Source: an uncultured Chloroflexia bacterium (GTDB taxonomy: Bacteria; Chloroflexota; Limnocylindria; Limnocylindrales; CSP1-4). Taken from it: 64,000 bases of DNA. The stretch covers positions 206,242 to 270,241 of the forward strand of contig CAWFLS010000021.1 in NCBI GenBank assembly GCA_963816675.1, read 5' to 3'. Numbering within the stretch: position 1 is the first letter of the stretch; every line of letters begins with the position of its first letter. This document shows positions 31,279-42,964 of the stretch, one piece after another. Made by a program: the position numbers and the translations under genes. A model generated the notes under the pieces. It made no database searches and had not been told where the DNA came from. It saw only the letters and a program-made list of their open reading frames with translations.

Positions 31279-32358
31279 CGCGTTGCCACGGCCGGACGCC
31301 GGGTCAGCGCGGGAAGCAGGTCAGGACGAACCAAGTCGACGCCAAGCTGGTCGATCGTGCACGACTCGGGCGTTCGATCAGGGCGCCACCGGCGCAGTCG
31401 TGCCGGGTGCCGGAACCGATCACTGTCGACCTGGTCGACGGCGACCTCCACGACGAGCGCCGGCCGGAGCGGCACCCAGTCGTGCTCCATGTCGGGTGTC
31501 CAGCGTGCGGCGGACCCTTTCAGCCGGCCGAGCGGGCTGGCGCCGATGATGAACCCGTCGCGCCACGGATGGTCGTCAAGCTCGATGCTCAAGGGCGACA
31601 GTTCCTGAACGAGTCGAACGCGCTCGGCAACGGGCATGTTCGTGACGACGCCGACGTGATGGAGCCAGCCGTCCGTCGTACAGCCCGAGGAGGAGCGAGC
31701 TGACTGCCGGCCCGGGAAACAGCGCGGACCCCGCGACGACGCAATCGACGGTCCGCTCCAGCTTCACCTTGATCATCGACCGCCGGCCGGGCTCGTAGCG
31801 GAGGTCGTCGGGTTTGGCGACGACGCCATCGACGCCGCCTCCGCGATATGTCGTCAGCCACCGTTCGGCCTCGACTGGATCGCGAGTCGCTGCGGTGATG
31901 AGGATCGGCGGCGGCGCGCCCGTGAGGACGTCCTCCAGGCGGGCACGCCGCTCGATGAACGGCCGGTCGCGCAGGTCGTCCGGACCGATCGCGAGGATGT
32001 CGAACGCCACGAACGCGGCCGGCGTCTCTTGGCTGAGCTGTTGGACGCGCGTCGCCGCGGGGTGGAGGCGGCTCATGAGGTGCCCGAAGCCGGCGTCCGG
32101 ACCTGCCGCGAGCACGATCTCGCCGTCGAGGGCGACCGCCCTCCCGCCTGTTGCGTCCCTGAGTCCCCCGACGACCTCAGGGAAATACCGAGCGAGCGGC
32201 CGATCGTGCCGGCTTCGGAGGTCGATGTCGTCGCCCTCGATGAACGCCAGCGTCCGGAAGCCGTCCCACTTCGGCTCGTACGTCAGGTCGCCCGACGGGA
32301 GGTCGCGGGTGAGGCGGGCGAGCATCGGTTTGATCGGGGGCCGGACGGCGAGGGGCAT
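31275..32358 (-). CDS. ATP-dependent DNA ligase (LigC/LigD ligase-domain type; one frame break ~31650)
   Basis: IKPMLARLTRDLPSGDLTYEPKWDGFRTLAF (KxDG adenylation motif)...LDGEIV...AFVAFDIL...GVDGVVAKPDDLRYEPGRRSMIKVK... / MPVAERVRLVQEL...WVPLRPALVVEVAVDQVDSDRFRHPARLRRWRPDR. Confidence 0.85.
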
Positions 32359-32501
32359 GGTCGTGGCATATCACGGCCGGCCCCCAGCCGGTCCTCCACG
32401 GACGGGCGACGGCAGTTTCGCGGACATGCCAGCCGACCCGGCTCCCGCTGGCGGCGGCGGCGGACGCGGACCTCGCGGACGACGCCACCTAGCAAGAACC
32501 G

Positions 32502-32912
32502 TCAGGGACGAGCGGCCTGCAACGCCCTCGGCAGGAAGATCAGCAGGTTCCAGCCGGCGACGCCGATGACAAGCACCAGCCGTACCACCAACGGCCAGCT
32601 CGTCTCCCAGATCCAGAGCCCGATCATCACGGGGAGGAGGAGCAGCCACACGACCGCCTGGACGATAAGCGGCAGACCACGCACCGACTCCCACGCCTGG
32701 TCGAGGCTGCCCTGACTCCAGATCAGACCCGCCGCGAACGCGATCCAGATCAGGGCGAAGATCGCGAATAGCACGCCACTTTCGGCCATCCACCCGATGC
32801 TGTTCCCCACCCCGGTTGCGACTGTCTCGATGATCCTGTCCATGGCGTTCTTCCTCCGAGAGTCGATGTCTTGCGTCGCCTGCCGCAAGGTCTCCTGCGG
32901 TGCAGATCCCAT
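32502..32912 (-). CDS. hypothetical integral membrane protein, intact (alternative start ATG 32843)
   Basis: MDRIIETVATGVGNSIGWMAESGVLFAIFALIWIAFAAGLIWSQG...LPLIVQAVVWLLLLPVMIGLWIWETSWPLVVRLVLVIGVAGWNLLIFLP. It has 4 predicted hydrophobic helices. Confidence 0.5.
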   Translation of the reverse strand: MGSAPQETLRQATQDIDSRRKNAMDRIIETVATGVGNSIGWMAESGVLFAIFALIWIAFAAGLIWSQGSLDQAWESVRGLPLIVQAVVWLLLLPVMIGLWIWETSWPLVVRLVLVIGVAGWNLLIFLPRALQAARP

Positions 32913-32933
32913 CTCTGCCTCCGTTCTCGTTGA

Positions 32934-33350
32934 TCAGCTCGGACTCGCGGCGCCGCCCCAAACAACGGCGAGGAGCACGACGTTGATCGCGACGGCGCCG
33001 AGGTAGAAGGGGTGGAAGTACAGGATCAGCGCCGCAAGACCGAGCGCGGCACCGACCCCCGCGAGGGCCGGCCAGGAGTCTGTGAGTACGGGCGCACCGA
33101 GAAAGCCGAGCCCGGCCGCCGCGAGCAGCACTCCGGCCGCAACCCAGACCAGACTTCCGACCGTCGACCCGGTCGACCCTACGTGTAAACCGTCGATCAG
33201 CCACGATCGACCAAGACTGCCGGGCCACCAGTCCATCCACCCGGGCAGCGCCATCGCCGGCCCCTTTGGATCGGCTATCCGTCCGACGCCGATCATCGTC
33301 GTGATCAGCCCGTGGACTACGAGGAACCCTCCGACAAGGACGGTTGGCAT
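32934..33350 (-). CDS. hypothetical integral membrane protein (138 aa), intact
   Basis: GGAGGTGATGAC lies immediately upstream of ATG 33350. Sequence: MPTVLVGGFLVVHGLITTMIGVG...SLVWVAAGVLLAAAGLGFLGAPVL...LAGVGAALGLAALILYFHPFYLGAVAINVVLLAVVW. Confidence 0.6.
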   Translation of the reverse strand: MPTVLVGGFLVVHGLITTMIGVGRIADPKGPAMALPGWMDWWPGSLGRSWLIDGLHVGSTGSTVGSLVWVAAGVLLAAAGLGFLGAPVLTDSWPALAGVGAALGLAALILYFHPFYLGAVAINVVLLAVVWGGAASPS

Positions 33351-33418
33351 GTCATCACCTCCGGGCGACAACCGCTCGACGTGAGCCCGGATCCCCTCGG
33401 ACGTTGCGGTCGTCAATG

Positions 33419-33444
33419 GCCGAGACTCGCCGGGTCTCGGCTTT
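33419..33444 (+). terminator. orphan terminator-like hairpin (GCCGAGAC-tcgccgg-GTCTCGGC followed by TTT)
   Basis: An 8-bp GC stem, a 7-nt loop and a T3 tail on the plus strand. I recognised no plus-strand gene upstream of it. Confidence 0.3.
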
Positions 33445-34167
33445 GATAGTGGTCCTTGCGGTTTGGCGGGCACGAGTGCCGCGTGGGCGCGTCGCGCCGG
33501 TCCAAACCGCCTTTTCGTCAGATCCGGCGCTTCGTTCCCTGCAAAATCCGTCGCGCGTGTGCCCCAGGCCGTCAGACGCCGGCCGACGGCCTCTCCCATT
33601 CGTGCCCTGCGATCCGTCTGCCATACACCCGTCAGCCGGGACGTAGCACCGGACCACGAGCCCACCCTAGTCATACGGTCGGGCTGCGGGCGTATGGACC
33701 CGTAGACTCGGTATCGCGGTCGCCGCACGCGCTCCATCACGGTCGCTGCGTTCCTACCGTGCCCCGCACGCACGTATGGCAAGAACACGAGCCCGGCGAT
33801 CGGGACATCGGGCTGCCGAAGCGATCGAGCGGCCCGCCACCGGAAACGCGTTCGGCAAGTCATGGCGACCGTGTCGACCCGACGCCGCGAGACCCCTCGC
33901 GTGGCGACGCGGTCCTCCTTCCTGCGATAGACCCGCTCGCGAGACTGTCGCAGTTGTGCACGAAGGTGGCGCCACCGCGGTTCGTTGACGCGCCGTAGCC
34001 CTCGAAAACGACTCCCGGCCGATAGGGCTCGGGTCGGAGCGCGATCGTCGCCGTTCCCGGCTGTCCACGTCAGCCGTCCGGCGCACGGCATACCTATGCA
34101 CGCTATGCTATGCATGCACCGGCGGGCGGGGCCGAATGAGATGCCGCTCCGACCGGTGAGGAGGGAC

Positions 34168-35899
34168 ATGGGCGCGGTCGCGATCGGCGTCGACTTCGGA
34201 ACCGAGTCCGGAAGAGCCCTGCTCGTCGAGGTGGCGACCGGGCGCGAGCTCGGCTCGTCGGTCTACCAGTATCGAAATGGTGTGATCGACGATCGCCTCC
34301 CGGAACCTGACGACGACATCCGGCTGGGCGGCGACTGGGCGCTGCAGGACCCGATCGACTACATCCGGACGCTCCAGCATGCCGTGCCCGCGGTCCTTTC
34401 GGCCACCGGCGTCGATCCCGCCGACGTGATCGGGATCGGCATCGATTTCACGTCCTGCACGATGTTGCCGACGACGGCCGACGGCACGCCGCTTTGCACG
34501 CTGCCCGGAGTTTCGTCGCGACCCCCACGCCTGGGTCAAGCTCTGGAAGCATCACGCGGCGCAGCCGGAAGCCGATCGGATCAACGCAGGTTGCGACCGA
34601 GCGCGGCGAGGCCTGGCTACCACGCTACGGCGGACGGATCTCGTCGGAGTGGTTCTTCAGCAAGAGCCTCCAGATCCTCGATGAGGCGCCCGACGTCTAT
34701 CGCGCGGCCGACCGGCTGATCGAGGCGACGGACTGGGTCGTCTGGCGACTGACCGGGACCGAAACCAGGAACAGCTGCACAGCGGGCTACAAGGCACTGT
34801 GGTCGAAGGACGACGGGTTTCCCGGCACCGACTACTTCGCGGCGCTCGATCCAAGGTTCGGCGCTGTAGTCGACGAAAAGTTGTCGCGAACGATCTCGCC
34901 GATCGGTGGTCGAGCGGGTGAGCTGACGCCCGGAGGCAGCGGGTTGGACCGGCCTTCGACCGGGCATTCCCGTAGCCGTCGCGACCGTCGATGCCCATGT
35001 CTCGGTGCCAGCCTCGACCGTGACGGGCCCTGGGCGCATGGTCGCGGTGATGGGCACGAGCACCTGTCATCTCGTTCTCGGCCACCGACCCGCCCTCGTC
35101 GAGGGGATGTGCGGCGTCGTCGAGGACGGCATCCTGCCCGGGCAGTTCGGGTTCGAGGCCGGTCAGTCGGCCGTCGGCGACATCTTCGGCTGGTTCGCGG
35201 ACAACGCGGTACCCGGTCGTTACGACGGCGGCCGCAAAGGCGGCCGGAGTCGACGTCCAGTCGGTGCTCGAGCGCGAGGCGGCGCGTCTCGAACCTGGTG
35301 AATCCGGGCTGGTGGCGCTCGATTGGTGGAACGGCAACCGCTCGATCCTTGTCGATGGCGACCTCACCGGCGTCCTCGTCGGGGCGACGCTGGCGACCGG
35401 CCCGGCCGAGATCTACCGCGCATTGATCGAGGCGACCGCATTCGGGACGAGGATGATCATCGACGCCTTCGATAACGCCGGCGTGGCCGTCAACGAGGTC
35501 GTGGCGTGTGGGGGACTGCCGTCGCGGAACCGACTCCTGATGCAGATCTACGCCGATGTCACGGACCGCGTGTTCAGGGTCGCCGGGTCTACCCAGACGC
35601 CGGCCCTCGGGGCGGCCATGTTCGGGACCGTTGCCGCGCGGGCGGCCGGTGGAGGCTACGACTCGATCATCGACGCGACGGCGCGGATGGCGCGGCTCGG
35701 GGACGAGGTCTACGAGCCCGATCCGGCCAACCATCGCGTCTACGACGAGTTGTTCGCCGAGTACCGCGCGCTGCACGACTACTTCGGCCGCGGCACCAAC
35801 GACGTGCTCAAGCGGCTAAAGGGGATCCGAAACCGGTCATCGACCTCACGCGTTGCCTCGGGCCCGAACCGTGTCGAGGTGCCGACCGCCGGTCAGTGA
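34168..35899 (+). CDS. araB: ribulokinase (FGGY family; at least 3 frame breaks)
   Basis: GAGGAGGGAC lies upstream of ATG 34168. Sequence: [35 protein letters not shown]...[13 protein letters not shown] / [20 protein letters not shown]...[26 protein letters not shown]...TAGYKALW / [13 protein letters not shown]...[12 protein letters not shown] / [10 protein letters not shown]...[19 protein letters not shown]...QTPALGAAM. Confidence 0.85.
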
Positions 35900-37884
35900 G
35901 CCGGGCCGGACCCCGAGTCTTGTCGGGCCCGCGGGATCCAGACGCGCATCCCGCCTGGACCTCGATTGGCCCACGCGAAGTACGGGACCGCGTCGACCTC
36001 GGTCGGCTTTTCGGGCGGCTCGGTCGCATCGCCAGCGCCGCCGGGCATCGCCGGTCTGTACGGCCAACCAGCCTCAGCGCGCGGACGGTGGACGCCTCGC
36101 GCGACCAACCCGACGGCACCCTCTGAGACTTCCGGTCGCGGACGATCGACGACCGGGTGGGAGGGATCGAGCACGAGCCCTTCGACGTCGACGCCGGCCG
36201 GGAGGTCCACTGTCTCGACGGCGTACACGAGCGGACCGCGCTCGAGGGCGACGCAGCCGCGGACGGCGTCGATACGCGCATCCGGCTCGGTCACGCGGGG
36301 CGTCACGCCGAGGTCGAGGACGACACGATCGCCCTTGCGCCAGGCGATCGTATGGGCGAAGGCCGCCGTCGCGCGAGTCCGACCCTGCCCCCATCCCACC
36401 GTCACCGGGCGCGTCCGGGTCGCGGGGCCACGCGACCGTCGCGCCGCTCGCCCAGGCGGGACGCCGGAGCGTCAATGTCCACGGCCGATCCGGCGTTTCG
36501 AGGACCTCGACGGTGACAACGCCGTCCCACGGATAGTTCGTCTCGATCGCGAGCCGAACCTCAGCGCCGCCGACGTCGGCCCGGACATCGGCCGACGCGT
36601 ACTGGTGGACCTGGACTCCCTGTTCGTCGCGTCGTCGCGAGCAGCTGCTGCCAGGTGCTGAGCGTTCGCATGAGGTTTGGCGGACAGCAGGCACACGCAT
36701 ACCACGCCTGGCGCTCATCCGGGTCACGTTCGGCTGGGACACGGTGGGTCCGTCGCTGGAGCGGGTTCACGTAGAAGAACGCGTCCCCGTCGAGGCCGAT
36801 CCCCGACAGGACACCGTTGAACATCGTCCGCTCGATCAGGTCGGCATATTCCGGTTCACCGGTCGCCAGCAGCAGCCGCCAGGCGAGCATCACGCTCGCG
36901 ATCGCGGCGCACGACTCGGTATAGGCCCTGTCCGGCGGCAGCTCGAACGGATCGCCGAACGCCTCGTCGCGATGCCGGCTCCCGACGCCGCCGGTCAGGT
37001 ACGTCCTGGTAGCGACCATGTCCTGCCAGCGCCGACGCACGGAGTCGAGGAGCGAAGCATCGCCGAGCTCGACCGCGACATCGACCACGCCACAGTCGAG
37101 GTACAGCTGGCGGACGGCATGCCCGGCGACCGTCGGTGCGTCGCGAACAGGTGCGTGGTCCTGCCAGTACGCGCTTCCGAACCGGCCCTCCCCCAGCAGC
37201 CCCTGGCCGCGCCGGTCGATGAACACCGCGGCGAGGTCGAGATAGCGCCGCTCACCGGTGACCCGGTAGAGCTCGACGAGCGCCATCTCGATCTCGGGAT
37301 GGCCGTCGACGGTCACTTTCCCCTGCGGACCGAGCTCCCGATCGACCGAGTCGGCCGCTCGCGTCGGCGATCTCGAGGAGCCGATCGTCCCCCAGCGCCC
37401 GATGCCAGGCGACCGCCGCCTGGATCAGGTGCCCGATGCAGTACAGCTCGTGACCCCAGCGCAGGTCTTCGTACTTCTTCTCGGGCGCGAGGACCTGGAC
37501 GAAGCTGTTGATGTAGCCGTCGGGGCGTTGCGCTCGCCGGACGAGGTCGATGGCCAGGTCGGCCGAGCGCGCCAGTTCGGCGTCCGGCGCCCGACCAAGC
37601 TCCCAACCGACGGCCTCGAGCCACTTGTACACGTCCGAGTCGAGGAACGGGAAGACCGTGTCGAACATCATCCCGAGCGCCTTGTAGCGGCCCTCGGCCC
37701 CGGCCGCGAGCTCGAGGTCGTGGAAGTTGCCGGCGCTCTCGAGCTGGGCGAAGCCGTGCGGGATCGTCCGCTCCCGATTGATCCGGGCGCGATCCGCCCA
37801 GAACCCGCCCGATAGCGTCACGTCCGCGGCTGACAGCGGCCGAAGGCGCGCCGTCGACGACGGCGTGGGGACGACGACAGCCAC
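35893..37884 (-). CDS. GH127 (DUF1680) beta-L-arabinofuranosidase-like glycoside hydrolase (frame breaks)
   Basis: [45 protein letters not shown]...[15 protein letters not shown]...YINSFVQ...[21 protein letters not shown] / [24 protein letters not shown]...GHAVRQLYL...TYLTGGVGS...[10 protein letters not shown]...[14 protein letters not shown] / ETNYPWDG. Confidence 0.8.
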
Positions 37885-37905
37885 TGGATGCGTCAGACGT
37901 CACGG

Positions 37906-39449
37906 TCACATCCCCCGTCCCAGGAAGTAGTACGGCTGGTTCCATCGGATCACGTCCGCGAACCCGTCGATCCGTGGTCTCCGCGTCGATGACGAGCAGC
38001 TCGATGTCGGCGATCTCGGCGAAGTCGGCGATCACCTCGATGCCGAGTGCGGTCGTCAAGGCCGTGTGATGCGGTCCACCGGCCGTGAGCCAGGCCTCGG
38101 CCGCGGTCGGCAGATCCGGTCGTGGCCGCCATACCGCCCGGGCGACCGGAAGCTTCGGCAGCGGCTCCTGCGGCGCCACGACGTCGACCTCGTTGGCGAT
38201 CAGCCGGAAGCGGTCACCGAGGTCGGCGAGCCCGAGGATGACCGCGGGTCCCGGAGCGGCGTCGAACACGAGCCTGACCGGATCGCGCCGACCGCCGATC
38301 GACAGCGGATGGATCTCGCACGACGGTCGATCGCCGGCGATCGACGGACAGACCTCGAGCATGTGGGCACCGAGCACGGCAGGCAGCGGCTCACCCAGGT
38401 GGTAGGTGTAGTCCTCCATGAACGACGTGCCGCCCTCGAGGCCCTGGCCCATGACCTTGAGGATGCGGACGAGCGCGGCCGCCTTCCAATCACCCTCGGC
38501 GCCGAAACCGTAGCCCTCTGCCATCAGCCGCTGCGGACCGATGCCCGGCAGCTGTTCCAGCCCACCGAGGTCCTCGAACGTGTCCGTGAACGCCCCGTAA
38601 CCGCCGGCCGTGAGGAATGACCGGAGACCGGCCTCTATCCGGGCGGCGGTGCGCAGCTCCGCATGGCGCTCGCCCGACGGCCGGAGGGCCGGCGCCACTT
38701 CGTATTGCGTCCTCGTACGCCGCCACGAGGTCGTCGACCTCGGATTCGCCGACCGAGCCCGTCGCCGCAACGAGATCCGAGACCCCGAACCCGTTGACGG
38801 AGAAGCCGAGTCGCGCCTGGGCCTCGACCTTGTCGCCCTCGGTCACGGCGACCTCGCGCATGTTGTCGCCGAACCTGGCGATCCGGAGGAGGTGCGCTTC
38901 GTGCCATCCGACGGCAGCCCGCGACCACGACGCGAGCTTCGTCGCGACGGCCGGGTCGGCCCAGTGGCCGACGATCGTCTTTCGCCGCCGCCGCAGCCGC
39001 GTCTGGATGAACGCGAACTCCCGGTCCCCGTGGGCGGACTGGTTCAGGTTCATGAAGTCCATGTCGATCGTGGACCACGGGAGATCGCGGTTGAACTGGG
39101 TGTGGAGGTGGACGAAGGGCTTGTTCAGGTTGGTCAGACCGGCGATCCACATCTTCGCCGGCGAGAACGTGTGCATCCAGCCGACGACACCGACGCAGTT
39201 CGGCGACGAGTCGGCGTCGCGCAGGACGGCCGAGATCTCGTCGGCTGTGGTCACGACGGGCTTGGGGATGATCCGGATCGGCTGGACGGCCGCCTCGTCG
39301 AGGCACCGCGCGATGTGGCGGGCGTTCTCGTCGACCCGCTCGAGAACCTCCTCGCCATACAGATGCTGGCTGCCGGTCACGAACCATGCCTCGAGTCGTT
39401 CGAGCCCGGCGTTGCTCGCGGACGTGCCGGTGGTCGCCTCGGCGGTCAT
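37906..39449 (-). CDS. araA: L-arabinose isomerase (2 frame breaks, ~38700 and ~37975)
   Basis: [32 protein letters not shown]...[18 protein letters not shown]...[16 protein letters not shown]...[19 protein letters not shown]...[19 protein letters not shown] / [23 protein letters not shown]...FMEDYTYH...[11 protein letters not shown] / [21 protein letters not shown] overlap with the upstream permease stop. Confidence 0.9.
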
Positions 39450-40333
39450 TTCAGCGCTCCCTGCGTGAACCCCGACACGTAGTACTTCTGCAGCAGCAGG
39501 TAGATCCCGATGCACGGGATCATCGCGATGGTGATGCCGGCCTGGAGCATCCCCCAGTCGGTGCCACCGAGGCTCGTCTCGGCACGAGCCGTCGCCAGGA
39601 TCAGCGGCAGGGTGAAGGTCGAGGCCCTGCTCAGCAGCACCAGTGCCGCCAGGAACTCGTTCCACGACGTCACGAACGCGAACAATGCGACGGTCACGAT
39701 GGCCGGGATGACGGCCGGGATGAAGATGGAGGTCAGGATCTGCCACGAGTTGGCGCCATCGGTGAGGGCGGCTTCCTCGAGCTCGCGCGGGACCGACTCG
39801 AAGCTGTTGCGCATGATGTAGAGGCTGAACGGCAGCTGGATGGCGGTATGGACGATCGCCAGACCGACCAGCGTGTTGGTCAGCTTGATCGGCAACGAGG
39901 CGAACATCAGGAAGAGCGGCGTCAGCAGCGCCTGGTAGGGAATGATCAGCGCGAGCAGCAGGAAGACGAAGATCAGCTCCTTGGCCGGCACAGGGAACCT
40001 CGCGAACGCGTAGCCCGCGGGGATCGTGAGCCCGAGGGTGAACACGATCGTCATGAACGCCGTCGCGAAGCTATTCCCGAGATAGGTCGGCAGGCCCGCC
40101 TGGTATGACCACAAGCGGCGGTACGAGTCCAGCCCGAGCTCGTGCGGGATGTACGTGGGCGGCACCGCAGCAGCTTCGGCCGTCGTCTTCACCGACGCGA
40201 GCATCGACAGGACGATCGGCGTGAGCATGAACACCGAGATGGTCAGGCAGATCGCGCCGACGAGATACCGATTCCGACCCGCCCAGACGCGCGACCAGGC
40301 GCGTGTCGGTGCTCCGACCGTGACCGCGGTCAT
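39446..40333 (-). CDS. carbohydrate ABC transporter permease (MalG/CUT1 type), intact
   Basis: [27 protein letters not shown]...[29 protein letters not shown]...[56 protein letters not shown] (EAA loop). Confidence 0.9.
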   Translation of the reverse strand: MTAVTVGAPTRAWSRVWAGRNRYLVGAICLTISVFMLTPIVLSMLASVKTTAEAAAVPPTYIPHELGLDSYRRLWSYQAGLPTYLGNSFATAFMTIVFTLGLTIPAGYAFARFPVPAKELIFVFLLLALIIPYQALLTPLFLMFASLPIKLTNTLVGLAIVHTAIQLPFSLYIMRNSFESVPRELEEAALTDGANSWQILTSIFIPAVIPAIVTVALFAFVTSWNEFLAALVLLSRASTFTLPLILATARAETSLGGTDWGMLQAGITIAMIPCIGIYLLLQKYYVSGFTQGALK

Positions 40334-41253
40334 ATCTCGCTCCGCCGGGTCAGCGCCATCTGGACGATCGTGAAGACGAGGATGATCGTCGCAAGGATCA
40401 GCGAGAGCGCGGCCCCGTACCCGAGATGCAGGAACGGGAACGAGTTCTTGTAGATGAAGAAGACCGCGGTCGCGGTCTGATTGAACGGCTGGCCGGCGGT
40501 CATGATGTAGAACTGGTCGAACGCCAGGAGCGAGCCGACAACGCTGACCAGGGTGACCAGCAGGATCGTGCGGCGCGTCAGCGGCAACGTCACCCGCCGC
40601 GTCCGCTGCCAGAAGGTCGCCCCGTCGACCATCGTGGCCTCGTTGATCTCGCTCGGGATGGCCTGGATCGCGGCGACGAACAGGATCATGCCGAACCCGA
40701 GGACCTTCCAGACGACCGACGCGATGATCGACCAGGTCGAGAGATCGGCGTCGACGCCGAGGAACTGGATGGGCTTCTCGATGAGGCCGAGGTCGGAGAG
40801 CGCCTTGTTGATGAGGCCGAAGGTCGGATCGAACAGCCAGACCCACAGCAGGCTCGAGACGCCGAGGCCGATGACGACCGGCACGAAGATGATCCCCCGC
40901 GTCGTCCGACGAAGGGGCGAGTTCGGCGCGACCAGCAGGGCCAGGAGGTACCCGCCGACCATCAGGATCGGGGTGATGAGCAGCGTGTACTTGAGGGTGT
41001 AGCCGAGCGCGCTCCAGAACTGCCCATCGCTGAGAGCAGCCTGGAAGTTGTTCAGACCGACGAACTTCGGTGGCGAGATGAGCGACCAGTTCGTGAACGA
41101 CATCGCCACCATCCCGACCAGTGGAAACGCCGTGAAGAGCAGCACGAACAGGATCGCCGGCGTCACGTAGAGCAGTCCGATCAGTCTCCGGCGTCGTCTG
41201 GCAGTCATTCGGTATTCACGGCTGGAGTCGACCTCCTCGAAGGCCCGCGGCAC
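40330..41253 (-). CDS. carbohydrate ABC transporter permease (MalF/CUT1 type), intact (alternative start 41208)
   Basis: LIGLLYVTPAILFVLLFTAFPLVGMVAMSFTNW...IASVVWKVLGFGMILFVAAIQAIPSEINEATMVDGATFWQRTRRVTLPLTRRTILLVTLVSVVGSL. Confidence 0.9.
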   Translation of the reverse strand: MPRAFEEVDSSREYRMTARRRRRLIGLLYVTPAILFVLLFTAFPLVGMVAMSFTNWSLISPPKFVGLNNFQAALSDGQFWSALGYTLKYTLLITPILMVGGYLLALLVAPNSPLRRTTRGIIFVPVVIGLGVSSLLWVWLFDPTFGLINKALSDLGLIEKPIQFLGVDADLSTWSIIASVVWKVLGFGMILFVAAIQAIPSEINEATMVDGATFWQRTRRVTLPLTRRTILLVTLVSVVGSLLAFDQFYIMTAGQPFNQTATAVFFIYKNSFPFLHLGYGAALSLILATIILVFTIVQMALTRRSEI

Positions 41254-41339
41254 CCGCGATGGTGAGGGATGGGATCGGCCGCGGCGGACCCGTGGAGCGC
41301 CGCGGCCTAGTTCCCTCCGGTTCGACTACCGGGAGTCGA

Positions 41340-42819
41340 TCACTTGCAGGAGATCGCCTTCATGGCCGTCTTGGCGTCGGCGATGACCTTGTCGAGATCG
41401 TCCGTCGTGTAGTACGCCTTCTGGAGCATCTGCAGCCAGGGGCCGGCCGGATCGTTGATCTGCTCGAAGAACGTCAGCGAGTACGGCGTCTTGCCAACGC
41501 CCAGTGCCTTGGCCACGTCGCCCATGAGCGGCTCGGCCTTGTAGTACTGGTTGTCGGTGAGCTTCGGGTCGGTCCGGGTCGGCAGGTTGAGGGCCTTGGC
41601 GTACAGCTCGACCTGCTGGGTGTCGTTCAGCAGGTAATGCATGAACGCGAGCGAGTCGTCGACGCGCTTGCTGCCCTTGGGGATGACGACGAGGTCACCG
41701 CCGATGAATGAGGCGTACTTGCCCGATTCCGTGCCCGGCAACAGGCTGATGCCGAACTCGAACGGGTGGTCCTTCATCTGGTCGCGGGCGAGCACGATGT
41801 TGAAGTTGCCCGTGCCCATCATGCCGAGCTTGCCGGTCCCGAACTGCTCGGCGAACGTGGCACCGGTCTCGCCACGCGCGCTCTCGGGGACGTTCTTGGC
41901 CGCGACCATGTCACGCCCCCACTGGGCCACTTGCTTGACGCCGTCACCGACGAGCGGCTCGTCGCCGCACTTGTTCGCCTCGATCGTGGCACCGGACGCC
42001 CACATCAGCGGACCGACGGTAAAGATGTTGCAGCCGGCGCAGTTGCCAGGCAGGTAGTAGCCGGTGACGCCTTCACCGAGCGCGGTGATCTTGTCGGCGT
42101 ACGTCCGGATCTCGGCCAGGCTGGTCGGCGGCTTGTTCGGATCCAGGCCGGCCTTCTTGAACAGGTCCTTGTTGTAGAAGAGTGCCGAGACGTCGGCGTA
42201 CAGCGGGACGCCGAACAGGCGGTCGTTGAATGTGGCGACCGTCTTGTGGCCCGGGCTGACATCCGCCAGCTCCGCCCAGTCCTTGGTCTGGTCGGTGATG
42301 TCGACCAGCTGGTCCGCGTTCTCGAACTGCGGGCGCATAGATGAGGTCCATGCCCATCAGGTCCGGAACGTCACCCGAGGCGATGCCCTGGGCGATCTTC
42401 GCGACCATCTCGGTGTGGACGATGTAGCTGAGGTTGATCGGCTTGGTCGGGTTCGCGGCGTTCCAGGCGCACACGAGGATGTCGACCATCCCCTTGTTGC
42501 CGCCGGAGCGCTCCCACATCTGCATCGCGTTCGCGTCCGAGCTCTGAGCGCACGCCTTGGCAGGCTCAGGGGTAGCAGCGGCAGCGGCCGCGCTGGGAGA
42601 CGCCTCCGCGCTGGCCGATGCGGCCTCGCTCGCGGACGCGGCCGCACTCGCGGACGGGGCCGCAGCCGAAGCCGCTGGTGCGGAAGCCGCTGGGGCCGAA
42701 GCGGCCGACGAACCGGCCGACCCTCCCGAGGACGCGGCCGGGCCCGATGTGCCGCTACAGGCGGCGAACAGCAAGACCCCGATGAACGCGAGGGCGGGCA
42801 ATCTGAGGCGGCTACTCAT
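41340..42819 (-). CDS. ABC transporter sugar-binding lipoprotein with Ala/Ser-rich linker (one frame break ~42340)
   Basis: GGAGGAGCACGGG lies upstream of ATG 42819. Sequence: MSSRLRLPALAFIGVLLFAAC (lipobox), then SAASAPAASAPAASAAAPSASAAASASEAASASAEASPSAAAAAATPEP, then MQMWERSGGNKGMVDILVCAWNAANP...FGVPLYADVSALFYNKDLFKKAGLDPNKPPTSLAEI...GGDLVVIPKGSK. Confidence 0.85.
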
Positions 42820-42964
42820 CCCGTGCTCCTCCACTGTCGAACGGGCCGGACGGCTGCGATTCTGTCCGCTGGCCGACCCCGGCGGACGGTAGACTAGCAC
42901 GAACGCAATCGAGTGGATGCATTCGTATGCTGCCATTTTCGGGCTCGACGAATCAACGTAGACG

